From Basidiobolus meristosporus CBS 931.73 (Eukaryota > Fungi > Basidiobolomycota), in assembly GCA_002104905.1 (NCBI GenBank), contig MCFE01000086.1:114048-178047 (forward strand): DNA of 64,000 nt. Direction: 5' to 3'. Within the stretch, counting starts at the first letter, position 1, and the number at the start of each line of letters is the position of its first letter. Shown one piece after another: positions 1-13,705 of the stretch. A program made the position numbers and the translations under genes. The notes under the pieces were generated by a model. That model was not told the DNA's origin. It searched no databases and saw nothing but the letters and a program-made list of their open reading frames with translations.

Positions 1-1036
1 ATATACGGTGTATCTTCCCACTGAAAGGAAATTGGAGGAAGACGGCGCAGGCCAGAACCATGACCGATCTCCAGACCTCCCTGCCGAAAGAAGCTTGGCT
101 TAGAAGAGCTAACCAGCGAGGCTTGGGTTGGTGGAAAACAGGGCTTGATGGTTGCCCCAGCCTTTCGGCAACAACGACATGCAGCATGAGCATAGTCACC
201 ACCGATGGTTGAATATGCAGAAAGTATATCAAGGTAATATGCTGTGTGTGGCAAGCTAAATTTGACGGATGGTAACACAAATAGAGGTAGCACCTATAAT
301 TACGGTATCGATGTTGGCGTGGGGGCTGTTAGATGTTTCTGTAGCAAGATGTCAGCAGCTTGTCTTTCGTCAGGTTACCGGGGCATGTTTACGGCCCATT
401 CCCAGTTGTGCCCTGAGGGCAGAACCCCATAGTGCGGGGGTGTGAAATCTGCATGGATGATTTAGATATCCATTGAATCGCCATACGTCGGTGCATGAGA
501 CTGTACTTAAAGTGTGATGGGTGGACGCTCTGTGGTCTGTACTAATGATAGATCAACCAGGAGGAGCTGGGGCAGCTTGGCAATGATATACCTGATCGCG
601 AGGAAGATCACAGATATATTGCTTTCATCATACTCAAAAATACCCGGAGTTGCTGTCGGCTTTGCAGACATTTGCTTCGTCTTAATCTCATGCTCTAGTG
701 GTACCCACTGGCGGCCCCCTGTGCATTCAGGATGCTAAGCTGCGCTAAATAGATCTAGTCTGAGCGAGCATGAGGCACCTTGGCTAATTTGTAATTGGAC
801 TTGCGAAAGAGCGGGGATCGGCATGGAAGTGGGTTTGTATGTGGCGAGCCCACTATATAATTCGTAGGAGTCTCTCTTCCTTCAGTTTAAGTTTAATAAC
901 CTTGGAGAACCTTGGGTTGCCTCCCTTTCTTCCGTCCACATTACTCTGCGGAACACAGAAACCACCTAGTTGGATAATTCTGCTCTCTCCTGCGACTAGC
1001 TTGTTAACTGACTTGACCTTCTACTTGCCAAGCATC

Positions 1037-1633
1037 ATGATGTCTACTGGGGAGCTCCCCCTCGAGACATACCCGTGTCTCTCATTTCTGACTGGTAGTG
1101 ACATGTCGATATCCGATTTTGTTACGCAGATGGTAAATCAGATGTGGAGCTGGAGAATTACAGGCAGTCAGATAACTGAACCAAGTCCAGTTTTTCGGAA
1201 CTTTTGCCGAACTATCATCACTCGGAGTGATGCCAGCCCAGTGAATGTCCTTCTTGCTCTAAAATATTTCCAGAAATTCGGCAAATGCACAGTCACGAAG
1301 GGTGGAAATGAGTACTCAGAAGCCAACCATTTTGTTGTGGCACTAATGCTCTCGCACAAGATGCTCGAGGATTGCACTTATTCTAACGAAACGTGGTCTC
1401 AGATCACCGGGATTCCATGTTTGGAGCTGAATCTTCTCGAAAAGAATCTCCTGAAGCTTCTGGAGTACGATGTTCATGTAAGCCAGGAGGAATTCACCCA
1501 GTGGATCCTCTACGTTGAGCAGTATGTGCGACATCGCGAGCCACACCAATCGACCAGATCCCCTAGAAAATATCCCTCGTTTTCTACCGCAATACTATCA
1601 TCATGGACCAGGGTTTTTCAGAAAACGTGCTGA
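1037..1633 (+). CDS. Pho85/PCL-type (cyclin-U-like) cyclin
   Basis: The ORF 839-1633 has a cyclin-box-like region: FRNFCRTIITRS..VLLALKYF..FVVALMLSHKMLEDCTYSNETWSQITG..ELNLLEKNLLKLLEYDVHV. The likely start is ATG 1037, because the in-frame sequence upstream is low-complexity. Confidence 0.8.
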   Translation: MMSTGELPLETYPCLSFLTGSDMSISDFVTQMVNQMWSWRITGSQITEPSPVFRNFCRTIITRSDASPVNVLLALKYFQKFGKCTVTKGGNEYSEANHFVVALMLSHKMLEDCTYSNETWSQITGIPCLELNLLEKNLLKLLEYDVHVSQEEFTQWILYVEQYVRHREPHQSTRSPRKYPSFSTAILSSWTRVFQKTC

Positions 1634-2135
1634 ATAGTGAGTCACAAGAGACCTTCAATAGAATATGTACAAACACCGCATCATTGATACACCCCCTTTT
1701 CATTTGGCCCTGGTTTACGGACACTCTTTGGAACCCATACTAGCCTCTCTACTGGACGTCCTTTTCAACTCTGTAACATGCCATGCCCCATTACCCTTAT
1801 GACCTTAAGTACCATTGATTCGAACCTCGCAACCCACATTATCCAATCTTCTCTCAGTACTGGCCAGTAACACTTCACAGTAGTAGTAGACAAATAGAAA
1901 TTAAAATCATGTAAAGCACACAACATCTTCTGTTCCATAACACTAAGAGTATGAGTCGGACCACCGCTCTCTTGTATCGTCAATCCGCTTCAAGTAAAGC
2001 TTCTTTAATATGTCTCCACCGATAGGCTGTTGAGACAATCTTTCATGGCCAATTTTTTTCCGATGATCCTAAGCCACATTCGATCGGTTTTTAAATCTAT
2101 CCATGGAATGGAGGTTTTTTCATTAGACCTTGGCC

Positions 2136-3624
2136 ATGTCATTCGGCACCAGTAGACCCAACCGGAATATAAGCAACGATGAGGCAGTGCGAGGAACGAA
2201 CGACGATGCGACCATCAGTAAACTGTAGTGTCATCCCAATTTCCACCAGCACTTATTGTAAGCAGAAACCTGTGTATTCACCGCATTTTGTATCCTCACA
2301 TCTAGCTCGGCTGTCAATCTGGGTTATTTAGAAGATAAGTTTGCTAGGTATTTCGTCAAACGCGGGACACGTAGACCACCTATCATCAATCGGGGTAAAC
2401 CACTTGACGGCTGAACTTCACTTTTGAACCTGCCCAAAAGCTAACCAGGCAATTCTCTCGAACCCTCGATTTCGGTCGCGCCCTCGCAGGAAGCTTTGTT
2501 CGGACGCGTTTTTTAGATAGTTTGCTTCAACTCTTCATAGACAGCTCCACCGAAAAGAAACAGGTTGTTTCCTTGGGAGCGGGGTCTGACACCAGATACT
2601 TCCTACTCAAAGTAATGTTCTACTTGGCTCCGAAGCCAGCTGTTCCCTTGTTGCGGAAAGCTTGGAATGCTGACACCGTCTGATAGGAAGCCAAGCAAAA
2701 CCCCCATCTCTATATTGAAATAGATTTTCCGGAAGTAACTTCGAGGAAATTGGCTACCATCTACAAGAACCCCGAACTGAAGAGGCTTCTCCCTGAAGAT
2801 GCCAAACTTGGTCAGTAAAAAGAGTGCACTAATGTATTTCTGGTGGCTTATGCGAAAGAAACGTACAGGAAACGGCGGCACGGAACTGTACTCTAGTGAT
2901 TACATATTACTCTCTGGCGATTTACGACGTTTCACGGAAGACCTAGTTCCCCGTCTGCAAGAGTTAGGATGCGATTTTAGGTACGAGCTACGAGCGACTC
3001 TGCCAGCAAGAGTAACCCAGTGCTAAACGCGATCTGTTGACCCTCAGCCTTCCAACAATGTTCCTTTCTGAGTGCGTACTCATATACCTGGACCCCATTT
3101 ACTCGGACAAGATAGTTCTGTGGGCCGTCGAGAGCGCCCCAAAGAGCATGTTTGTCACCTACGAGCAGATACTGCCCGACGATCCATTTGGCCAGATGAT
3201 GATTCGTAATTTGGAGGTAGTGTGAGGTCTGTCCGAATCTTCGTCGACATCTTCTCAATCCAGTTTGCTAGCTACGTGACATCAAGCTGCGTGGACTTCA
3301 TGCATATCCCGACCTAGCTAGCCAGGAGGAGCGGTACTTACAAAAGGGATGGAGATTTGCCAAAGCCCTAGACATCCAAGAGCTTCATGAACATTACATA
3401 AGTTCAAGCGAAAAGGCCAGGTAGTATCCGCATCGAACCGGACCTTTCAAAAGTGCACCGACTAACGGATTGATCAACGCAGGATTGCCAAGCTGGAATT
3501 TTTGGATGAACTGGAGGAATGGAATCTACTTGCCAAGCATTACTGCATTGCATATGCCCTCACCTTCCCTGAAGAGTCTAAGGAACAGTCACCGTTCAAG
3601 GACATATGCTTCCAAAAGCTCTGA
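2136..3624 (+). CDS. PPM1: Leucine carboxyl methyltransferase 1 (PP2A methyltransferase), multi-exon
   Basis: Exon peptides joined by GT-AG introns: DEAVRGTNDDATISK / SAVNLGYLEDKF..RRPPIINRG / LSGDLR / PTMFLSECVLIYL..YEQILPDDPFGQMMIRNL / LDELEEWNLLAKHYCIAYA, with TGA at 3622-3624. Confidence 0.85.
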
Positions 3625-5100
3625 TTGCTCCACTTTCGATCACACCACCCTGTGTCTAGCTAGGAACCCTTAGCATCTTTACCTCTCATCCATTTTGGAT
3701 TTTGTGTGCACCAATGAATCAGAATTGACCAACCATCCTCTTGACAACCATGTACATTTAAAGTGTCAATCCCATTCATCTTACCCCACATCAGCGTAAA
3801 CCCTTGCTTTTTATTTGTTCACGAGGGCATGGGACGGCTACGGACCAGCAACCGCAGTCCTGGAGCTGGTAAACGACACAGCCACAGGACACCTGTGAGT
3901 GATTGAATGAGTCGGATATAGCAATCCAAGAAACCCAATGTTGCATAACTTAATACATTAATACTTGGTGTGTGGAATGAACGTTAATCTTGCTCGCATG
4001 TGGACCCTGCCTCCATCTCCTCCCCACGCCCCATTATGGCAACAGACGTTCTATTACTAAAACGACCTGAATCACCATGAGACATTCAGCTGATTGATGG
4101 CCGTCCAGATAACTTGAGTCAACAATATTCTGGGTAGATGAAAAATGAGGCGGCTGAGGCATCTAATCACCATCACCCCTGCTGATTGGGCCAACTCCTG
4201 TTTGAAAGCTTACACCTACTGTTACACTGGACCAGAGAGGGATTGCCCTTCGGGTATAAATAGCAGCGGGCACTCCCTGGCATCCTTGGGTTTCCGGAGT
4301 GTCTCCCCCAAGACGAAGGATGTCTTGCTCCTTGATCACGATCAACCTACGGTGCTAGGTTGTTCAAGAATACGTCTTAGGCAGTTTGCGAACTCCCTCT
4401 AGACCAGTCTGAACCTCACTGCGTAGTGAGTGGTGTTGTTTGCGCAACATCGAGAAAGCCATATTGTTGGCGTCCCTGAAGAAGAGTACCTGCGAGAGGT
4501 ATGTCTTTCCCCAGAAGTTTATGAAGCTGCACATGGTGTGCACATGTTCGTCCCAGGAATCTAGCAGTCATTGCTAATGATGGAAAACCCCTAAGTAAGG
4601 CGGTTTGAAAGAAGTTCTCCTAGTCACAGGATCCCAGAAGGTCGTTGGTTAGTACTCAACGACGGAAGATTTGTTATTTGCCTCCATTGAGGGAGGTTCA
4701 GAGAATCACCGACCGTGATTCAGTTTGTCTCGAAATGATGTTGTAGTCGTGGTGGCGGTCAGCTCTCTCGATTACCTCTGGTTGATTTATTCGCTGCTAC
4801 CTAATAAATCGCTGCTACCAGACAAGCCGTGCTTGATATTTGTTTTTATTAGTGTAGTATGGTTGAAGGTGAAGTGGGCAGGGGCGAGGTGATACACACT
4901 AGAGGTGGGCTGGCAGAACAGGTGGGTCAAAAACCAGAAGGAAATGATGACCAAGCGAGTATTTCAAAAATGGCCTTTATACTTTCAATACACATATACA
5001 CAACTCTTACACTTCCTGTTAACTACATGAACTTTGGATGCACAGGAACATTCAAGCCTCGTCAAAAGTGAGGCCGTAGCAAAATTGGATTTAGGAATAT

Positions 5101-6829
5101 CTACAAAGAAACCTGGTCCCTGATAAACTCCACCATCTCCGAGATATCGGAGAAGATGGAGAGAGTCGACTGTTTGGTGTACAAGAGCGTTTCTCGGTTC
5201 AGCATGTTGTCACCATCGGTCCACTTTTGCGTGATAGCCTCGAAGTCCTCTGTAAAGAGCTCAATCGAGTCAAGGAATTTTCTCTGTAACTGTACGAGGG
5301 TTAATATACTGGATGGCGAAGCCCATTATGTCAATTGTGCTCTACCTCGACTGTCGCTACATCCAGGCCAACGCTGCTTTTCGATATAAGCTTGCTTTGG
5401 AGGTTCAGCATACGGAATACAAATATGGACTCGAGCTTCATTCTTTCGAAATTCCAATGTCGCCGAATTAGTTAATCTGCCATGTGCATCCAGCATAATC
5501 CAGGGAACTTACATTAATCCAGCAATACCTGGCTTTCCGTTTGACACGGATTGTTCAAATGCTTCGCCAAACAGCCGCTTGATGGTAGAGGCGGAGGTGG
5601 CCAGCTCTTCGTAGGAAGGCTCTTCAGTCTGCATTTGCGTGTTTAATAAACGAACCATCTCCACAATATATCATGTCCTCTTACCTCAATCTGATCGAAA
5701 TGCGTCAGGCTGCTGAACAGCGTGTTGACAGCATCCAGTGGTTGATCCTCGGACTTCTCTTTTGCACTTGGTAGGCCCAGAGGTAGGGCATTTTTTCCAG
5801 AAAGAAGTTCTTCCTCTACATCGTTTTCAGCTCCAGTGACTGCAGGAGAATTATCAACGGCAGCCGATGTTGAGAGATGCTCGATTAGGGAGGTGTGTGT
5901 TTGAGGCAATTGCAGTCGTATAATAAGGCTTTTTTCCTGAGGATGAGATATGATCTTGAGCCGTACAATAAGCTGCTTTTTGAGCGTTGTTTTCCGGGTG
6001 CATTTGGGCTTGACTAAATCAAGGATCTGTGGAGTCCCAAGCTCCGGAGTGCTTGACCGGGATCTTAGTAACTTCAGGGCTGGTTCGCGTATGTTGCCTT
6101 CTATTTCGACATCATCGACAATGATTGTATCCTCTTCCTCGTGCTCTATTTGAAAAGCTTCCTTCACTTGCTGTCTGTGTATAGCTCGCTTGATTTCTAT
6201 GGGAGCTGAGCCTAGGAGCACTTCATCCTCATCCCAGGAGTCAATCGACATGCTGCTAGCGCTTACCGACTCCGTATCACTATCTTCTGAGGTAGTTGAT
6301 GCCATCTGATATCCATGGTATGGTATTTGCTTTCCTGAACCTGTAGGGCGCATCTTCCAAGAGCAATACAGCTTTCCTCCGGTTCTTCTACTTTTCGTAG
6401 GGGAGAGAGATTTTCCACCCGTCGCTTGGCGGGGTCTTTTGCTGCCTGCGGCTTTACTCGCGAAAGGATTTGATACAAGCGAGAATCGTGAGTTGGGAGT
6501 AGAATTGGAGTTGGAACGAGGGCTGCTAAGAGAATCTTCAACGCTTTGGGAGGAGATTGGGCTTGAGGTTGAGGTGTAAGGGGAGGTCTATTTTTGTGCC
6601 ACTGGATTAATACGAGCGCTAAAAAGGATAAAAATAAATAATAGGCTCCTACTTTACTCGCACAGGAATCGTATCCGGAATTACTAATAGAACTTGGGTG
6701 GCTTTCTAGACAATGGTTCGTTATGTGTTGGGTCTGAACAAAGGAACCATACTCGACTATGTTTCCGGGGGCAAAGTAACTTATAAAATCCTTTAGCTTA
6801 GATATACGCGTATCGATTTCAGAAGACAT
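5101..6829 (-). CDS. Hypothetical multi-exon protein with Ser-rich, basic and acidic low-complexity middle
   Basis: Exon 1 is 6829-6653 (59 codons). A phase-0 GT-AG intron at 6652-6588 joins it in frame to the 5643-6353 ORF frame. Further open exons lie at about 5.63-5.51 kb, 5.49-5.35 kb and 5.29-5.10 kb (LQRKFLDSIELFTEDFEAITQKW...VSL*). No family recognised. Confidence 0.6.
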
Positions 6830-7814
6830 CTAGCGGGGGTGATATCATGGGGTTTTTTCCGGGAGGAATGGAGATTTGAAGCTAGGAGGCGGGCTCTAAC
6901 TCGCTTAGTTGCGAAGTAAACAAGAATAGTAGAACTTTATGAGAAAGTCTCAATAAGGTTGGGTAGCAAGGGAATATTGGACTGGCTACGACACTTGAAT
7001 AGGCAATATATGGGCTAGGGTTCAAGTGTGCGACAGATTCTCAATTAGAATAAACGAAACTACCAGTAGATATTTAGAATGGATTTTTTTACTCGCGGAG
7101 TGCCAGTCGAACACTCGTGGTAAAGTTGCTAGCTCTGTTCAATACAGGTTCGGGATGACCGGTCGGCCAATGAACTGTGGTTGGGTTTTTTTTCAAAGTC
7201 GATCAGCTTTAATCAGGAATGGAAGCGCTCCAATGATCATTCCATCTGTCAGACACCAATAGAACACTCAGCTATTAATAGCATCCATCCCCAACATCAA
7301 GACGAATACGGTAATCAGTGAAGCAGACGAGTCGATTAGCTTTACGCTTCGACGTTGCAAGACAGGCGGTTGTTAGCTTGATAAATACTAGATCAACCGA
7401 GAGCTGGAGGTGAGTTTAAAAGCCTATGTCTAGCTAGAACGATTCTCATTGCATGCAGTACGTACGTGCCGTAAATCTCGATCAGTATGACGCCAATCAA
7501 AATCGTTGAGAAGGTTGGCAAGGGAACTCTATCTGGTCAGGCGATGATCTCTCAATAGCCTCAGTACTCACCTCGGCCCTCCCTGATCTACGCGCAGTGA
7601 CTACTGATTACTGCGTCTCGCGCCTTGTTAATCATATGAGCCAGACAACAGTTTCAAACCAAGTCTCACAAGGCTTCGTTTTAATAAATGGGTTATCAAA
7701 CTGCTCACGGAGGCGACTGCAATCATCAGTTCAATATGGATGCTTTTGAGGGTTTATAAAGTACACGTTGGGTGAGATAAACAAAGAAAAAGTCATTTGG
7801 ATTGATACTGCGGA

Positions 7815-9410
7815 TCACTTTTTGAAATCGTAAACGCATGAAAGATCGACAGCTTTCGATCTGCAGTGGGGATTGTAGTTTTCGTCTTTGATGGGGTAAA
7901 GAAGCACATTGAAGCGAGGCGTAATTACCACCAGCGTATTGGTAGGGATCGTAATCCAGTCTGCTTGTTCAAAGGTGAGCGGCTCTAAAGACAGAGAAAG
8001 CAAGGCTCAATCCCACTGTCGAAACACTCCAATAATAAAAAATACGACGGTACCTGATGCCACTACTACTATGTCCTCTCTCTTATCAGCCTTGATCTAC
8101 ATGTGGATTGAAGTTGTCATTTAGCAATCAAGTATACCCATGTACCACTGGATGATTTGAAATGAAGCGATGACTTGCCATGCGATAGTGGCCAGGCTTG
8201 TAGGACTCGAAGCGCGTTCCTGCAAAAACAGTCAAAACTCAGTAAGAGGTGCGAGGTCTGATAAGGACAGCAGACCCCCTACCTGAAGAGAAATACAAGG
8301 ATGCCGCTTCTTGGGTTGCCGAGCTAATATATCTCGTGCATATAACAGTTTTCCCATCTGTTACCGCAAAATTCATCAACGAGGGCTATGAAATCCCCAT
8401 TGTGTGAGTGAAAAAATCATGCTGCGACGTTAGCTGACGCTATATACCTCCGTGACTCCGACCTCAGCAGTCCACCCATTGAGCAAAGCAATGGTTTGAA
8501 GCATAGCCTTCTTCAATTCTTCGGGGGTGTGGCGAGGACTCTTCGGATCCTCCAGCTTAACAGACGTGAGTATACCATTCATAAAGGACACTCAAGATTT
8601 ATCTTTACCTGGTTCAAAAAGAGGGCAAAAGCGCACTCGGAGTCGGTAGTTCCTTGCACGAAAGTGAACAATTCGTCCGATAGAGTGGCCAGTAGCTTTC
8701 TTCTTATCTAATAGAAAGGTGAGCATAGGGACAACAGTGAACACAAGATGCATTGCACCCAACCTTATCAAATCCTGACACATTTCCATTATGCATCCAC
8801 ATTAAATTGCCGTACTGCCAAGGATGACCTAAAAACATTCCAGTTCAGCTCTAAAATCCGTCATACTCGGGCATCTAAAGACTCACAGTTTGCTTCGGAG
8901 GCCAGACCAGCAGTGGAGGCTCGGACATGCGCAAAGACTAAAGGGCTTTTGATTTTCTCGGCTAACCGAGTCAGGTTGACATTGTTCCAGGCAGGCAATG
9001 TCGAGGTGAATATACAAGGACTTTCGTCGCGTTCCGACTCGTACCAACCTACAAGAAGGAAGCGGGGTGAGCGGGAGACTGCTTCATATGAAAGCACATT
9101 TATTCTAAACCAACGAACCGACGCCAAACCCATCACCTAAGCAAAAATCAAAAAGGTTAAAAGCGGTGGCAATTATTGAAGTGCGTTGGCCAACTTTGTA
9201 CCGTTTAATGGTCTTCTGGTGTCCAATCTCAACCGAGAATCATAAGACTGATTAATTATTGAATGCGCTGGACGCGTCAAGAGCTTCGAAATTTAGAGAG
9301 GGAAAGACCAAAGGGGTTAATGCCGTCTAGCATTTGGGGATTCAGACGAGTGCACCTACATCAGCTATTAAAACTGGAGACTTTCCCTTATACAGCAGAA
9401 AACGACACAT
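7815..9410 (-). CDS. DUG3: Class II (Ntn) glutamine amidotransferase, Dug3-like, multi-exon
   Basis: N-terminal MCRFLLYKG (catalytic Cys2, ATG at 9410), then LLTRPAHSIINQSYDSRLRLD, PCIFTSTLPAWNNVNLTRLAEKIKSPLVFAHVRAS and LEPLTFEQADWITIPTNTLVV. Confidence 0.85.
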
Positions 9411-9885
9411 CGAGCTGATAAGTAGGATATACCAGAACTTCGCTTCAACGATTCTTCACAACCCATCAAATGTGACGATAAACCAATTCGATACAAAAAA
9501 AAATTACCATTTTAGGAACATCAAGGGGATATAGAAGGGGCACATATCAACGAGGTGGATAATAAATAATATAGTAGCTATACAGCGGGTAGTTGTAAAT
9601 ATCAACACACAATTGTGTGATTGTGTACGAGGCTCTTGGAACGAGTTCATTGGAGCCTTGTGTTTCGATGCTAGGTTAGATTGATCAGGACAGAGGTTGA
9701 TGTTTGAGGAGATGAGTGATTACCATGTTCATTTACCGGGTGACAGCAATCCTCAATAGCAAGACTCTTCCTGGTGTGGGGGCAAAACAGGTGGGACGTG
9801 AAAACTGGGTGTATGTAAGCTACATAATATCCATATGCGCAAAGGGCAGATCACCAATCCCCATACCAGCCTACATCCGGGTCTG

Positions 9886-12800
9886 CTATTTCTGAGCTGG
9901 ATTCCCGTCGGCGGCCTCTACGTGGATGGTTCTTACGCCGGCGGTGTTGGTTGAGGCTGTTCCCAGACTCGATAGGGACGGCATGCCAGTAAGCGTACTT
10001 GTCGGAGAATTGTTAACCAGGCCAGTAGCTAGCGCGGCAGACCATCGCTGGTCCATATTTACATCTTTTATATCCTTCACCCAGGCATGCTGTAACAGCT
10101 CTTGGGCGGTAGGGCGTTTTGAGGGAGATCTGGTGAAGCATTTCTTCAAGAAGTCCATTCCTATATCGCTCAGCTGTGATGGATCGGGAAGGGGCGGGTG
10201 TCCGGTCACAACATGGTACATGACTGCCCATTCATTATCCAGGTTAGACCACGGACGGCGCCCCGTGGTCATCTCAAGGATGCAGCATCCTAAAGACCAT
10301 ATATCCTGTGAACCTTGGCGGCCGCGGTCTCCACCGGTAATAACTTCGGGGGCCATGTACATCGGCGTCCCTGTTAGGCTGTTGACCTGCATCTGCTTGT
10401 TTGCTGTTGCGCGGCCCATAGTCTTCTGGTTGTTGGCAATCACCTTCGCGGCACCAAAATCAACAAATTTGATGAGTCCATTGTGATCCAACAGAATGTC
10501 TATGAGAATAGCAGTCAATACACCAGGCACACAATGTCAGATGACAAAGACAAACAAACTTACTATCTGGCTTGACGTCTCTGTGGACAATGCTGTTTTC
10601 ATGAAGATACTCCAGTCCATGCAGCATTTGTAGAGTGTATACCCTGACCACGTTCTCGTCTTCGATTCGGCCATGCTCGAGCAGACCCGTGAGACAGCCG
10701 CCTTGGCAGTATTCCATGAATATGTACACTTTGTCGCGATGCACCTCAAGGCCAAAGTACTTGACTATGTTGGGATGGTCCAGTTTCTCCATAATACACA
10801 TTTCCTCTTGGATGGACTTATGCAAGGCAGTCAGCGATGATGAATCTGTGAAGCGAACTTCTTTGACTGCCATGAGATCACCGCTGTCTAGATTGATGGC
10901 CAGGTAAACCGAGCCAAAAGTTCCACCGCCAATGAATTTGCCCTGTTGCCAACGCAGCGAGATATTACTTGAAGACGAGGCAAGAAACACCAAGCTGCGG
11001 TCTTCTGGACGATCATCATCCAAAACTTTACCAATAAGTCCATTATCTTGCTCTTTTGAGGTCCGGGTCTCATCAACCTCTTTTAATTTGCGCATCCATT
11101 CGTCTCGGATAGCTATCAGCGAGCTATCACTAGCAAAGGTACTATATACAGGCATTTGCAGGCGTTTCGTAAGGTCATCGAGAGCAGCTTCGACGTTGTG
11201 TTGCTTTTCTTGTTCATCTTGGTGTACCGCCTCATGCGCACTTCTTGCTCCAGCAATATCCACGTGTGAAACCAGAAGAGTCATGCAAATCGCTACATTA
11301 CTCTGTAGGAGCTCGAACTCTTCGTCGCTAAGAAGCAAGATGTTGTTGGCCCTTGTCATTTGCATGGCAAATTCCAGTGCAATTACCGCCCAGCGGAAGG
11401 TTTTTTTCTCTGTGGGTACGCAATCTGAAACAACGAAATTTACCCAGTCAATTGCTAGGCGTATCATCTGCAAATTCAACTGCGACCTGGCATTCGTTTC
11501 CATAATTTTCAAGGCACGTTGCCCAAAATCAGAAGCGAAAGTGAAGCAGTTTTCAATCAGATCCACTGACGGTGAGTGCTTGGTGGCCTCTCTAATAACA
11601 TTGACATTCAGAAGTATTGTTTCCGCCAATTTGAAAACGGTCTTTTTGATTTTGTTTTGCTCTTTGTGAACTTTGGGGATATTCGACTTTTGAGTGTGAG
11701 CAATGTTGATACCAGCCCCCTCTGTCCTGCTTGTAAACACCCGCTTGCTGTCCGGAAGGCTGCTGGTGCTTTCAGAGATAAGTCGGATACGATTGACGCC
11801 AAGATTAATATTCAGATACTCCACATCGATTTGGAGAATTTGGCCGTGCCATACAAACTCGCGCTTTCCAGGATTAATCACCAGCATGTAGCTCTCCTTG
11901 TTCATGATATCCTCGGTATTCTTGGCTATACAGGACCCCATCAACCTTTGTACTGAGTCTGGCAAATGGCACAGAATCGGATCGATCAAAACATAAAGAC
12001 CATCTCTCTCGAAGGATCCCGTATAAACCAGTACATGTCCCGAGGAGCTGAGTGTCTCGAGCACAAGGTCGAGGTTGCTGGGGTCAAAAATATATTCGGC
12101 TGCATCCTCGTATTGGCTGCTAAGCAGTTTGGAGAATCGCAGCAGCTTTCTTACGCCGGTGCGTACATTCTCTAACACCCGATTGTACCATTTGATCAGG
12201 CCAACAGCTGGCATTTCTGGTGGTACGCGCATCTGAGACTCAAAATAGAGCAGAACGCGACAAAGCAGCCTGTTGGTGAGGGAGCAGAATTGCTCGGCGG
12301 TTTCCCACTCTCCGCCCTCAATGTACAACGACATCTCGCTCAAGAAACTCCACTCACTTTCCAAGATCTCCGCTTCCTTGAAATAGACAGCTTTACTTCC
12401 ACCTTTGAGCCTCCAGTGCAGTAGTTTGAAGTAATACTTCAGGCTATCGAACAGAGCCGAATCATACTGCTCATCAATACAATTAGGAACCTCCCAGCCA
12501 GGAGCTGCCTTTGTCAACTCCTGGTATTCGTGTTTGATGCGACATGCCAAAGACAAAGATACTCTAAAATCCTCCGTCATTTGATCCAACATTAATGTAG
12601 TAGGGTCGGTGATACGCTCTGCATATTCCAATCGCAGCCTGAGGCACTCCTCCATCAGGCTGGTTGGGAATCTGACCAGCTGCTGAAGCTCATTGGTATA
12701 AGAGGGCAAATTCATTTTTCCGTATGCCGATGCGTTTTCAATCATGTTCAACTTAGCCTTGGACAAGAGCGAATTTAGAGTGGACAAGGTACGTTTCTCA

Positions 12801-13705
12801 AAGGTGCGTTGCAGCCCATTTTCCTTCAGGATGCGTTCAATGAAGGACGGCTCGTCAGGGTTCGCCGGTGTGTCCTTTGGTCTCGCGACCTGTAAACTTT
12901 CGCTGCCAGTCCAGTCCTTGAGAATTTTCAATTGCGTTTGGATACTCATGGTAACCGTACACCAGGAAGTCAAAGCGTCCAAATTAAATTGGAACTCTTG
13001 TGACGCATACAATGGCTTGTCCTCCATGATGGCTCTGCGAGTTGGATACAAATTCTCGATGTGGTCCACTCTCTGTAAAGTTTCGGCGACTTGCTCGATA
13101 GCCGGTATTTGTTGGCTCTTGATCTGGAAGTTGATCACATCCTGCAACACCCCGCTAACTTGAGAGCGAGCTTCTTCCAGAAAGCGTTTCTCGTGGGCAA
13201 CACTGGTTTGTCTTAGGAGAGCGCGTATGCCAAGCCAATTCTGATAGCTTAATACGGCTTTTTGTTGCTTGGATTTCAGAGAATCGGATATCCTCAGCTT
13301 CTCAGATTTAATTACCTCCCCGGTCAGCACCGAAGCCAGCATCCCTCGCCACTCCAACCTTTCCCTGTGAATGGCTAGCTCCTCTGTGTGGTGGATCAAT
13401 TCCGAACTTTCATACTCCAAGCTAGGAGTGGCCATGAATGACTTCTCCTCATAGTCGTCGATTTCAGCCTCATCCGAATCCGAGTCCGCCGAGTTGATAC
13501 GGTCAAATTTATGCAATTTGAAGTATGCCGCATCCGGGTCCTCTGTGTGGCTTTTGAAGTGGCTGCTTGGTGAAGCCACTTCGTTTCCAGGCGTTTCGTA
13601 GCCATACGAGTAACCGCCCTGATGGTCACTAGCCGTAGTGGACCAGCTACTATTGGAGTTTAGTATAGGCCGAGTGGGTTTATCAGATCTTGAGGCAACC
13701 GACAA
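9886..13705 (-). CDS. SSK2: MAP kinase kinase kinase, Ssk2/Ssk22/Wis4 type (5' end may extend upstream)
   Basis: Long N-terminal helical region (RERLEWRGMLASVLTGEVIKSEK) followed by a kinase domain: GGGTFGSVY, AVKE, HRDVKPD|N across an intron near 10.5 kb, DFG, GTPMYMAPE. Confidence 0.9.

Noticed and set aside
2-103. Possible last exon of an upstream gene (YTVYLPTERKLEED...SLA*)
   Set aside because: Only 33 codons at the window edge, with no recognisable motif.
4145-4700. Small gene between PPM1 and the 5.1-6.8 kb gene
   Set aside because: Short frames on both strands could not be joined into a consistent spliced model, and none has a recognisable motif.
9926-13163. Long plus-strand ORFs (e.g. 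9926-10486, 10932-11669) as overlapping genes
   Set aside because: They are antisense shadows of SSK2 coding sequence. The same applies to ORFs antisense to DPP5, IML1, GAL1 and the bZIP gene.
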